From the NCBI GenBank assembly GCA_019057795.1, contig JAHLWS010000080.1, positions 32,001 through 96,000 of the forward strand: a stretch of DNA of 64,000 nt, written 5' to 3'. This document shows, piece after piece, positions 48,865 to 57,138 of the stretch (within the stretch, counting starts at the first letter, position 1; the number at the start of each line of letters is the position of its first letter). Made by a program: the position numbers and the translations under genes. The notes below the pieces were generated by a model. It ran no database searches, was not told where the DNA came from, and worked only from the letters and a program-made list of their open reading frames with translations. The stretch comes from Promethearchaeota archaeon. Its GTDB lineage: Archaea > Asgardarchaeota > Lokiarchaeia > Sigyniarchaeales > SOKP01.

Positions 48865-51261
48865 TTGATGGCTAGAACTAATTCTAATCGAGTCCTAAAG
48901 TTAAAAAATAATTTATTATCAAGCAAGTACGAACTCTGCGTTGAACGCATGAAATTTTTCACAGAAATTTATAAAAAATACCCTAACGATCCAGAGGTTA
49001 TTAAAAGGGCGAAGGCAGTTGCACATACATTAAAAAATATGACTATATTTATTAGAGACGATGAACTACTTGTTGGAAACGAAACGAGTAAAAATTTAGG
49101 GGAAAAAATTAATCTCGATCTCCTGAGATATAACAACAGTTTAGAAAAGAGAGCTACATTTAAAAAACTAAGAAGGCGGAAATTGCAACCCTTTTATATC
49201 GAGGAAGCTGAGATTGACGAGTTATTAGATATAATACCGTTCTGGAAAGGAAAATCATTAGGTGGCCGGATTAATAAAAGATTGCTCGAAGAAAAGCTAA
49301 TCACGGGAGAAGGGCCAATCGCGTCTTTAGCACCAAATATATCCATTCAAATTGGAACTACAGAAGGACATATATGTGCGGGATACGAAAAGCTTTTAAA
49401 ATTAGGATATAAAGGTATCATTGAAGAAGCTGAATTATTTCAATCGCGATTAAATAAAAACGACGAAGATTATCAAGACAAGTTTAATTTTTACGATTCT
49501 GTTAAAATATATTACGGAGCGGCAATAGATTTTGCGCAGAGGTTTTCAGATCTCTCATACAATATGATAAAAACTCAAAATGACGATGTGCGTAAAAGTG
49601 AGCTCAAAATAATTGCAGATATGATGAAAAAGTTCACTGAAGAACCTCCCGATACATTCTACGAAGCTGTTGAATTTATTTGGTTTTCTCAAAATATCGC
49701 AAATATAATCTATCAGCGAAGCGTTGTAGCTCTAGGTCGATTAGATCAGATACTATGGTCTTATTACGATAACGATCTTAAAAGCGGGAAAATCAATCGG
49801 GATACCGCCTTAGAATTAATAGAAGAATTAAATTTGAAGCTAACATGGAATGTTACTTTGTTATCGGCAGATATTTCGTTAATAGCTAATGCCCTTGGTC
49901 AAAATACACAAACAATTACTATTGCAGGAATGGACACAGATGGAAATGACGCAACAAACGAATTATCTTTCCTTTTTCTTGAAGCATACAAAAACATAAA
50001 GGTTTTTACCACCGACTTATCGGTTAGAATTCATAACAACACGCCAGAACATTTTTTCGAAGAAGCTATTAAAGTTTTTAAGTTCACATCGGGGATAGCT
50101 TTCTATAACGATGAAATCATCGTTCCAGGGCTTAAAAAAGTAGGATATTCGCTTGAGGATTCTCGGAATTACGTTTTAATAGGATGCGTAGAGCCCACCG
50201 GTCAAGGAAATAGTTTTTCGACAACGGCTCGTATGTTTATGAACTTACCAGGAGTGTTAGAATTAACGCTAAACAACGGATATAGCTATTTATCGGGAAA
50301 AATAGACGGTTTACAAACTGGTGATCCGGCGGGGTTTTTATCTTTCGAGGAGCTATACAACGCTTTTATTCGTCAACTTAAACATAACATTGAATTCTCT
50401 GTTAAAATAGCAGAAGTGGGAGATCTTGAAGCCATGAAATACGCTCAGCACTCATTTATCTCCGCTACACTAAATGGTTGTTTAGAAAATGGAAAGGATT
50501 ACGTGTGTGGAGGTGCTAAATATAACTTTTCTTCCATAACTGCTTACGGATTCGCTACTTTAGTTGACTCATTATATAACATAAAGAAGATAGTTTATGA
50601 TCAAAAATCAATGTCATTACCCGAATTAATTGAAATTTTAAATTCAGACTTTAAGGATAACGAAGTAACTTGTCAAAAGTTAATTAATAATTACGAAAAG
50701 TGGGGAAACGATAAAGCCGAGATCGATTCCCTTGCTATTGAATTGTGGGACTTATTTACTCAAGAAGTAGCTAAGCATAATTCGATAAGAAATGGTCAAT
50801 ACAACGCTGGAGCGTATTCAATGGGCATCCATGTATATGAAGGAATTTTAACACGCCCAACAGCTGATGGCAGAAAAGCGGGTAGACCAATCTCAAATAG
50901 CTTATCACCTGTAAACAATGTTGAAAAGAATGGGATTACTGCGATATTAAATTCAATAGCAAAGTTAAATTACGACTACGCTATGAATGGAATAGCCGTT
51001 AACGTACGAATCCATCCTCAAAATTTGGAAAGTCAAGAAAATATAGAAAAGTTTTATCACTTGTTAAAATCTTACTTTGAAAAAGGAGGTATGCAAATTC
51101 AACCTACTGTAGTATCAACTGAAACGTTAAAAGACGCACAAATCCACCCCGAGAACTATACCGACCTAATCGTCAAAGTTGGTGGTTATAACGCTACATT
51201 TATTGATCTAGGAAAACCCATTCAGAACGACATAATCGATAGATTAGAAAATAAATTTTAG
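48865..51261 (+). CDS. Glycyl radical enzyme (PflD/PFL2-like, unknown substrate)
   Basis: DELLVG, LGRLDQ, IGCVEP thiyl loop, KWGND, TADGR, VKVGGY glycyl loop. Confidence 0.93.
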   Translation: MMARTNSNRVLKLKNNLLSSKYELCVERMKFFTEIYKKYPNDPEVIKRAKAVAHTLKNMTIFIRDDELLVGNETSKNLGEKINLDLLRYNNSLEKRATFKKLRRRKLQPFYIEEAEIDELLDIIPFWKGKSLGGRINKRLLEEKLITGEGPIASLAPNISIQIGTTEGHICAGYEKLLKLGYKGIIEEAELFQSRLNKNDEDYQDKFNFYDSVKIYYGAAIDFAQRFSDLSYNMIKTQNDDVRKSELKIIADMMKKFTEEPPDTFYEAVEFIWFSQNIANIIYQRSVVALGRLDQILWSYYDNDLKSGKINRDTALELIEELNLKLTWNVTLLSADISLIANALGQNTQTITIAGMDTDGNDATNELSFLFLEAYKNIKVFTTDLSVRIHNNTPEHFFEEAIKVFKFTSGIAFYNDEIIVPGLKKVGYSLEDSRNYVLIGCVEPTGQGNSFSTTARMFMNLPGVLELTLNNGYSYLSGKIDGLQTGDPAGFLSFEELYNAFIRQLKHNIEFSVKIAEVGDLEAMKYAQHSFISATLNGCLENGKDYVCGGAKYNFSSITAYGFATLVDSLYNIKKIVYDQKSMSLPELIEILNSDFKDNEVTCQKLINNYEKWGNDKAEIDSLAIELWDLFTQEVAKHNSIRNGQYNAGAYSMGIHVYEGILTRPTADGRKAGRPISNSLSPVNNVEKNGITAILNSIAKLNYDYAMNGIAVNVRIHPQNLESQENIEKFYHLLKSYFEKGGMQIQPTVVSTETLKDAQIHPENYTDLIVKVGGYNATFIDLGKPIQNDIIDRLENKF

Positions 51262-51390
51262 AAAGTAGAAATCTTAACTTAATGCTCGATGTCATGGAAG
51301 CCTATGTCCTTATTATCCTCATTCATTCTTTAAACTAAATTTTTAAAATATTTACAAAATTTTTAAATTTAAAGAAATTAAGTGTAAATT

Positions 51391-51543
51391 ATGCCAGATA
51401 TAAAATTGTTAATAAATGGGGAAAATATCCCATTAAATCCAATTATGACTGAGATTCTAACTAATATTAACTTAGGATTTATTAGTGCGTTAAAAAAAAT
51501 TCCTGAAGATAAAAAAGAAGTTAAAATCGAAATTAAATTATAA
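51391..51543 (+). CDS. Small protein (50 aa) resembling the archaeal MobB C-terminal domain
   Basis: MPDIKLLINGENIPLNPIMTEILTNINLGFISALKKIPEDKKEVKIEIKL; below the ORF-track cutoff. Confidence 0.65.
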   Translation: MPDIKLLINGENIPLNPIMTEILTNINLGFISALKKIPEDKKEVKIEIKL

Positions 51544-51648
51544 TTTTATTTTTTTTTAATTTTTTCGCACTTTAAAATACATATTAGGTTTTTTTAAATA
51601 ATTTGATGAATATTTATTAAAATAAATAAAGAAAAGAAAAAAATAAGA

Positions 51649-51876
51649 ATGATTATCATCAAATGTGCTAAATGTAAAGAGAATATTATTAAATACGTGA
51701 AATTGGGAAAAGGAAACGTCCATCGCTGTTATAAAAACCGTATTCAAAAATATTATGTACAACTAAATAATAAAGAGTTAAATTGTCCTAATTGTGGAAA
51801 AGTAATAGGAACTGATCGAGGATATTATATCAAAATGAACCATCATACATTCACATACTCTGGAACAATTAATTAA
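51649..51876 (+). CDS. Small zinc-ribbon protein
   Basis: CAKC...CPNCG. Confidence 0.75.
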   Translation: MIIIKCAKCKENIIKYVKLGKGNVHRCYKNRIQKYYVQLNNKELNCPNCGKVIGTDRGYYIKMNHHTFTYSGTIN

Positions 51877-51886
51877 TCTTAGAAAA

Positions 51887-52093
51887 CTATTTTAATTTAG
51901 AATCCTCGTTTCCATCTGGAAGAACATAATCAGGTGATATATATCCCTCTTCTTCAAATCTTTTTTTCCGAATACAATTTTTACCTTCGTTCCAGCAATA
52001 GTTTTCAACCCACTTTTTATCTATCAAACCTTTATCATAAGCTCGTTTCATCGCAGATGTCTCATCATACCAGCAACAAATTTTTTTTTCCAT
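51887..52093 (-). CDS. Small Cys-containing hypothetical protein
   Basis: CCWY, WVENYC..C.R, DYVLPDG. Confidence 0.7.
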   Translation of the reverse strand: MEKKICCWYDETSAMKRAYDKGLIDKKWVENYCWNEGKNCIRKKRFEEEGYISPDYVLPDGNEDSKLK

Positions 52094-52154
52094 ACATATT
52101 TATATTTTTATATAATTATTATTTTTAGTAAATAGGTAAATAGGGAATAAAAAT

Positions 52155-52892
52155 TTGGACGAGGACCTATATCGTTTAGCAAGTAAATGGATCTCCGAAT
52201 CAACACATTTAGTAGCTTTTACCGGGGCAGGTGTTTCCGTAGAAAGCGGAATCCCAACATTCCGTGGAGAAGATGGATTATGGAACAAATATAATCCTAT
52301 TTTTTTAGAAACTAATTATTTTTTAACGCATCCGAAAAAATCTTGGAGTTTAATTAAAGAAATATTTTATGATTTTTTTGGACGTGCAAAACCTAACGAT
52401 GCCCATTATGTGCTTGCTGAAATGGAAAAAAAAGGATACGTTAAATCAATAATAACTCAAAATATTGATAACCTACATCAAGAAGCAGGGAGTAAAAATG
52501 TTTTAGAATTCCATGGAACCTCGCAAACATTGACTTGTGTAACTTGTAATAGTAAATATAATAGCACTAATCTTCTTGTGTCAATTCCTCCTTATTGTCC
52601 TAAGTGTAATGGTCTATTAAAGCCAGATTTTGTATTTTTTGGAGAACCAATACCTCAAGAGGTTCTTAGTGAATCAATTAATGAAGCATCTCTCGCAGAT
52701 GTATTTCTTTTAATTGGAACTACAGGAGAAATAATGCCTGCATCTACAATACCTTATATTGCAGAGAAAAATAGAGCAAAATTTATAGAAATTAACATTG
52801 AAGAATCAAAATATACCAATTCTATGGTCAATATTTTTTTAAAAGGGAAAGCGTCAGAAGTATTGTTAAAATTAATAGAATTTTTGAGTTAA
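52155..52892 (+). CDS. cobB: Sir2/CobB NAD-dependent deacylase
   Basis: GAGVSVESGIPTFRG, TQNIDNLHQ, HG, Zn CxxC pairs, FFGE. Confidence 0.95.
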   Translation: MDEDLYRLASKWISESTHLVAFTGAGVSVESGIPTFRGEDGLWNKYNPIFLETNYFLTHPKKSWSLIKEIFYDFFGRAKPNDAHYVLAEMEKKGYVKSIITQNIDNLHQEAGSKNVLEFHGTSQTLTCVTCNSKYNSTNLLVSIPPYCPKCNGLLKPDFVFFGEPIPQEVLSESINEASLADVFLLIGTTGEIMPASTIPYIAEKNRAKFIEINIEESKYTNSMVNIFLKGKASEVLLKLIEFLS

Positions 52893-52958
52893 TAAAAAGT
52901 AATTTGTTCCGAGTTCTTTTGCCAAATAAATATAAAGCTAAAAAACCTCTAATCTATA

Positions 52959-53450
52959 CTACCATCTCGTTTTAGAACCTAATTTAATGTCTAAAATTGG
53001 TGTTCCATTAATCGCATCGAGATTTTTGACGAATAAAGTGGTATCTTCAATTTTAACTAGTTTAACATTAGTAATTCCAATACGAGATAATCGATTAGGC
53101 GTCCGTGAAGCGAATATACCTACTTTTTTCCCGTCAATACCTCGAGAAAAGGTCGATCGAATCTTGTGCTGTTTATGAAAATAATATACAACAGTAATCC
53201 ATTCATCCTCTTCTAATTTGTAAAGAAATGGTCGTTGAGATTCAAAAAGACGGATTTTAGAGACATTATCTCTACTCCCTTTCAGCCCAAATCCTTCCCC
53301 TCGTCCTAATTGATTCTCTACAAAACCGATTGGAAAGATCTTAAACGGCTTATTGTTCTGATATAAACAAGAATAGCATATGAATTTGTCATCAAATTCA
53401 TCAAGTTGGTCTAATCCTTTTTCTTTTTTACATTTCGTGCAAACTGGCAT
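52959..53450 (-). CDS. TrmO/TsaA-family tRNA methyltransferase domain with N-terminal Zn finger
   Basis: PIGFV, GIFASRTPNRL, LDAINGTPILDIK; CTKC..CYSC. Confidence 0.88.
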   Translation of the reverse strand: MPVCTKCKKEKGLDQLDEFDDKFICYSCLYQNNKPFKIFPIGFVENQLGRGEGFGLKGSRDNVSKIRLFESQRPFLYKLEEDEWITVVYYFHKQHKIRSTFSRGIDGKKVGIFASRTPNRLSRIGITNVKLVKIEDTTLFVKNLDAINGTPILDIKLGSKTRW

Positions 53451-53471
53451 AGCTACTAATTAGGTTATTGG

Positions 53472-54404
53472 TTAAAATATTAATTTCCAAAAGGTCTGGT
53501 TATTGTAAATTACTTTTTTAATCTTGTTCTGCGATGCTAGAGTATTCAATTGAAGTAATATGTCTTGTTCATTAAACTTTTTTGAACAAAATGTTTCAAA
53601 AATTTGTTCTTGTCTCATTGGATGTCTTTCAAGTAAGTTCTTTAATTCCATTTCAAAATTAGAACTAAAAACACTAAATTTTCCTCGCTCAGGAAAATTT
53701 ATATTATTATATTCTCCAAAAACATCGTTTAAAATCGGAATGACGCTTTTATCGGGAATTTGCACCCAACTTTCAGTAGGAGGTCTTATTGGAACGTTAA
53801 CGTCAATTCTATCGGGTTTGATTAAATCTAATTTATTTTTTATTTTTAATAGTTCTTCTTTAGAATCGTTAATTCCCTTCATTAACATTATTTCTATCCA
53901 GAATTTACCGTTGAATTCTTTCCTAAAATCAATGTATCCTTGAATCATTTTTTCATACTTTATGGAGGGATGAGAACGATTTATTTTAATAAATAACTTT
54001 TCATCTCCCGCATCTAAAGTAGGTAAAACAACATCAGAAAACATAAGTTCATACTTTACATCTTCGTGATATAATAAACTACCATTAGTGATTACACAAA
54101 TTGGTTTTTCAGATAATTCCTTTGCTTTTAATATCAATTCTCCTATACTTTTGCATAATGTAGGTTCCCCACTACCTACAAATGTTATGTAATCAAACTT
54201 ATTTTTATTAAGACTAATAGACTCTTCCATCTCTTTAATAATTTCTTCTTTACGGCAAAAATCTTTCCTCTCGTTCGTAAAATTAGTTGTTCTTCCTAAT
54301 TGACAATATATACACTGATAATTGCAGGTTTTTGAGGGAATTGGGTCGATTCCTAACGAATTTCCTAATCGTCTACTAGGAACAGGTCCATACACATATT
54401 TCAT
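53472..54404 (-). CDS. Radical SAM protein (TYW1-like subfamily)
   Basis: YGPVPSRRLG.SLG, CNYQCIYCQ, GSGEPTL. Confidence 0.9.
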   Translation of the reverse strand: MKYVYGPVPSRRLGNSLGIDPIPSKTCNYQCIYCQLGRTTNFTNERKDFCRKEEIIKEMEESISLNKNKFDYITFVGSGEPTLCKSIGELILKAKELSEKPICVITNGSLLYHEDVKYELMFSDVVLPTLDAGDEKLFIKINRSHPSIKYEKMIQGYIDFRKEFNGKFWIEIMLMKGINDSKEELLKIKNKLDLIKPDRIDVNVPIRPPTESWVQIPDKSVIPILNDVFGEYNNINFPERGKFSVFSSNFEMELKNLLERHPMRQEQIFETFCSKKFNEQDILLQLNTLASQNKIKKVIYNNQTFWKLIF

Positions 54405-54444
54405 ATTCTTTTATAATTAATACGATGTTTTTAAAAATTTATTT

Positions 54445-54888
54445 TTATTTTGCCATTGATGCTTTATATCTATTTATCGCTCTTCTTAATGTTCTTATCG
54501 CTAAATCAGCACAATGTTTATGATCTTCCGGCAACCCTTTTAAAGCCGAGTCAATATCTTCCGGTTTCAAGGCTTCAGCAAAACTTAAAGATTTACCTTC
54601 TATAAGAAGCGTAGTTTGACACGCTGTTGCTAAGGATGCTCCACAACCGTCAATAACAAAATTTGCTTTCTCAATTATATTACCATTGATTTTTAAAAAA
54701 AATAACATTGAATCCCCGCATGGCCCTTTATACTTTTGTGAAATAGTGATATCTTCATCTGGAGGTTTTCCCCAATTTTTTGGATTGTGAAATAAATTAA
54801 CGATATATTCGTTAAATTCTTTTATTTCTTGTTCCATTATCTCTTTTTGAAGCTTAGCGAAAAACTCATCAAAATTTTTTTCAGACAT
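54445..54888 (-). CDS. NifU/IscU Fe-S scaffold
   Basis: GPCGD, DGCGA, HKHCA. Confidence 0.92.
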   Translation of the reverse strand: MSEKNFDEFFAKLQKEIMEQEIKEFNEYIVNLFHNPKNWGKPPDEDITISQKYKGPCGDSMLFFLKINGNIIEKANFVIDGCGASLATACQTTLLIEGKSLSFAEALKPEDIDSALKGLPEDHKHCADLAIRTLRRAINRYKASMAK

Positions 54889-54919
54889 CTTAGACTGAAT
54901 TACTATTTATTGTGTAATA

Positions 54920-55336
54920 CTAGTGGTGATGATGATTACGATCGTTATCATCTGCTTCTGTATGGATTTTTTCTACTCCAATACCTTTACCACCACCGGG
55001 AGAACAAATGTTTTCGCCACCTTCTAAAGTTCCATCTAAGATTTTTCCAATAGTGTCGTCAACGCTGCCAATAACACCCCTAATAACTTCAATTCCATAT
55101 TCGTTAAAAAAACCAATTGCTCTATGGCCTATTCCACCCGTGATCATACATGTTGTACCTTGCTCATTTATGAATTTAGGTATGCTTCCAATCGTGTGCC
55201 CTGGATTGGGAAGAACTATTCTCTCAATTACTTTATTATTGTCAATTGTAACAAATGTAAACGAAGGCGCTCGACCAAAATGCTGGGCAACATTTCCTGA
55301 TTCTGTACATATGACTATTTTCAACTTTGAAACCAC
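54920..55336 (-). CDS. NifB/NifX family cofactor-binding protein
   Basis: HFGRAPSF, ITGGIG.RA, His-rich tail. Confidence 0.92.
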   Translation of the reverse strand: MVSKLKIVICTESGNVAQHFGRAPSFTFVTIDNNKVIERIVLPNPGHTIGSIPKFINEQGTTCMITGGIGHRAIGFFNEYGIEVIRGVIGSVDDTIGKILDGTLEGGENICSPGGGKGIGVEKIHTEADDNDRNHHHH

Positions 55337-55388
55337 CTACTTTTTTAATTTTATTACTTATATTATATCTAAATTGATAATATTATTT

Positions 55389-55402
55389 TGAATAATTATT
55401 CT
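55389..55402. promoter_or_regulatory. Palindromic operator TG(A/G)ATAATTATTCA, copy 1
   Basis: TGAATAATTATTCT; related copies at 59538, 59603, 63637, 63758. Confidence 0.55.
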
Positions 55403-55609
55403 TTGATAATAATTCTTCTTATTCTTTGAATTTTCTAAATCTTCCAAAAATTTCAAAAATCAGAGATACTTTCTCTTTAGTATTTTTTCTTTTATTTTTG
55501 ACTCTGTTATCGCAATTTTTTCTTTAAATAGAGAACATTTCTGTTCTTTTTAAAAATGTTAGTTTTAACTTAATATATTAAAGGATTAAAGAAAAGGAAG
55601 AGGTGAAAA

Positions 55610-56458
55610 ATAATAAAATGTGATAAAAAATTAAGTAAACTTGTAATTATTCTTTTTATTGCTTTAACTGGAATTATGTCGATTTCACAAACAGTAAAAG
55701 CTGATGATTTTTATTCTATTTTAACACCGGTTGAGAACAGCATTTACCGAACAGGAGAATATTGCACAATTCGATGGGATACTAATAAGGAATTTTTTCA
55801 AGTAGACATATATCTTTTTAGAAATAACATACAAGTGAAAACTATTGCAACAGGTATAGCTAATCGGCGAGGTTTCCAATGGTATATTACAGGCATTTCA
55901 AAAGAATCCCATTATTACAAGATTAAAATTGTTGATAGCGATAACCCCTCTTTAAATGATTTTAGCGATTTTTTTACCATTGTTTTCCAACCTTCAATTA
56001 GCGTAACAAATCCGACTCCGACTTCATCATGGATAGTTTTAAATAGTTATAGAATTGGTTGGATTTCTCATGGTTTAATATCTCACGTTGATATTGAACT
56101 TTATAAAGATTCAAAGTATTTGGAGAATATAGCAAACCATATTCAGAATGAAGACTCGTATTTCTGGACAATTCCAAATGATCTTGAAGAATCTAATTTA
56201 TATCAGATTGTTATAAGAGATTCTAACGATGGTAATGTATACGGTATTAGCAATTATTTCACAATAAAGAATTCTTCTAATGATGAAAAACCCGATGACA
56301 ACGATGATGAAAGCGATGATGATAATAATAATATACCGAATAATTCTAAAACAATTTTAGGGTACAATATAATAATCTTAATTAGTATATTTGTAAGCGT
56401 ATTTATCTTAATCTTTATTATGAAGAAAAATATGGATGTATATAATAGATATTTATAA
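55610..56458 (+). CDS. Surface protein with two Kre9/KNH-like (Ser/Thr-rich) Ig domains and Loki-CTERM-like tail
   Basis: Two 'TP...IxW...VDI.L......WxIP..Y.I.I.D....S..F.I' units, acidic linker, ILGY-TM-KK; signal peptide appears only if the start is ATA 55610/55613 (ORF track starts at 55676). Confidence 0.8.
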   Translation: MIKCDKKLSKLVIILFIALTGIMSISQTVKADDFYSILTPVENSIYRTGEYCTIRWDTNKEFFQVDIYLFRNNIQVKTIATGIANRRGFQWYITGISKESHYYKIKIVDSDNPSLNDFSDFFTIVFQPSISVTNPTPTSSWIVLNSYRIGWISHGLISHVDIELYKDSKYLENIANHIQNEDSYFWTIPNDLEESNLYQIVIRDSNDGNVYGISNYFTIKNSSNDEKPDDNDDESDDDNNNIPNNSKTILGYNIIILISIFVSVFILIFIMKKNMDVYNRYL

Positions 56459-56719
56459 TTACCTTGAAAAACATGTCTAATACTGAAATAAGAATTAACT
56501 GAAGAATTTAAATAAATATTATTAAACGAACTAAAATCAATAAATTTGAACCAAAATTAGAAAAATTAAAGCTCAAATGGTTGATATAAAAAGGAAAAAT
56601 TCTTGGCGTTATATTAAACCGGCTAAGGGAAAAGATTTAAATACTGCGAAATAATTGTTATTCCATAGAAAGATAAAATTCAACCGTAGTATATCTTTTG
56701 AAATATTAAAAAATTAATA

Positions 56720-56853
56720 GAAATAAAATAGGGAAAATATAACCGTGACTCCTGCGCTACCCTGGATTTTTGTCTTTTGGTAGTGCGTAAAGCACTCAAT
56801 TACTACCCCTATTTTTTTTCTGACCTTATCTTTAGGTCGCAGCAGCAGGAGTC
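56720..56853 (-). ncRNA. Putative structured non-coding RNA (multi-helix junction, possible pseudoknot)
   Basis: GC-rich patch; GACTCCTGC/GCAGGAGTC 9-bp closing stem plus 5-bp extension, GACCT/AGGTC and GTGC/GCAC hairpins, 13/14-bp long-range helix. Confidence 0.55.
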
Positions 56854-56909
56854 TTCCTTCTTTCCTTTGTTCTTGCTTAATTAGAATATGCCAAAAAATA
56901 TGTAACTAT

Positions 56910-56951
56910 CAGAAATAAATTGGAAAATTGCAGAAATAAATTGGAAAAATG
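56910..56951. repeat. 21-bp tandem duplication
   Basis: CAGAAATAAATTGGAAAATTG / CAGAAATAAATTGGAAAAATG. Confidence 0.9.
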
Positions 56952-57138
56952 TGTTATTAAAAGTATTAAGTAATAAATTCACATTTTAACATAACTTAAT
57001 TCACTTTTCACTATAACCAATCTTTTTTCGTTGATTTTTTCGATTTTCACTGTTTTGACCATACCGAGTTATAGCAGAATGTGAAATATTGTATGAATCA
57101 TAACAAAAAGTGAAATAGATCATCATTTCTAGCAGAAA

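Noticed and set aside
48865-51261. Pyruvate formate-lyase (pflB) call
   Set aside because: Lacks the adjacent Cys-Cys pair of true PFL
54445-55336. Nitrogen fixation from NifU/NifX names
   Set aside because: No nifHDK; these families occur widely in non-diazotrophs
55346-55373. Archaeal dif site (TTATATCTAAA half-site)
   Set aside because: No matching left arm across a 6-bp spacer
56470-56700. Possible decayed gene between the surface-protein gene and the structured element
   Set aside because: Multiple stops in all frames and no identifiable family
56737-56865. Integron attC site or tRNA
   Set aside because: Only one core-like end (ATATAAC/GTTATAT) is present, with no other cassettes or integrase; no D/T-loop consensus or cloverleaf
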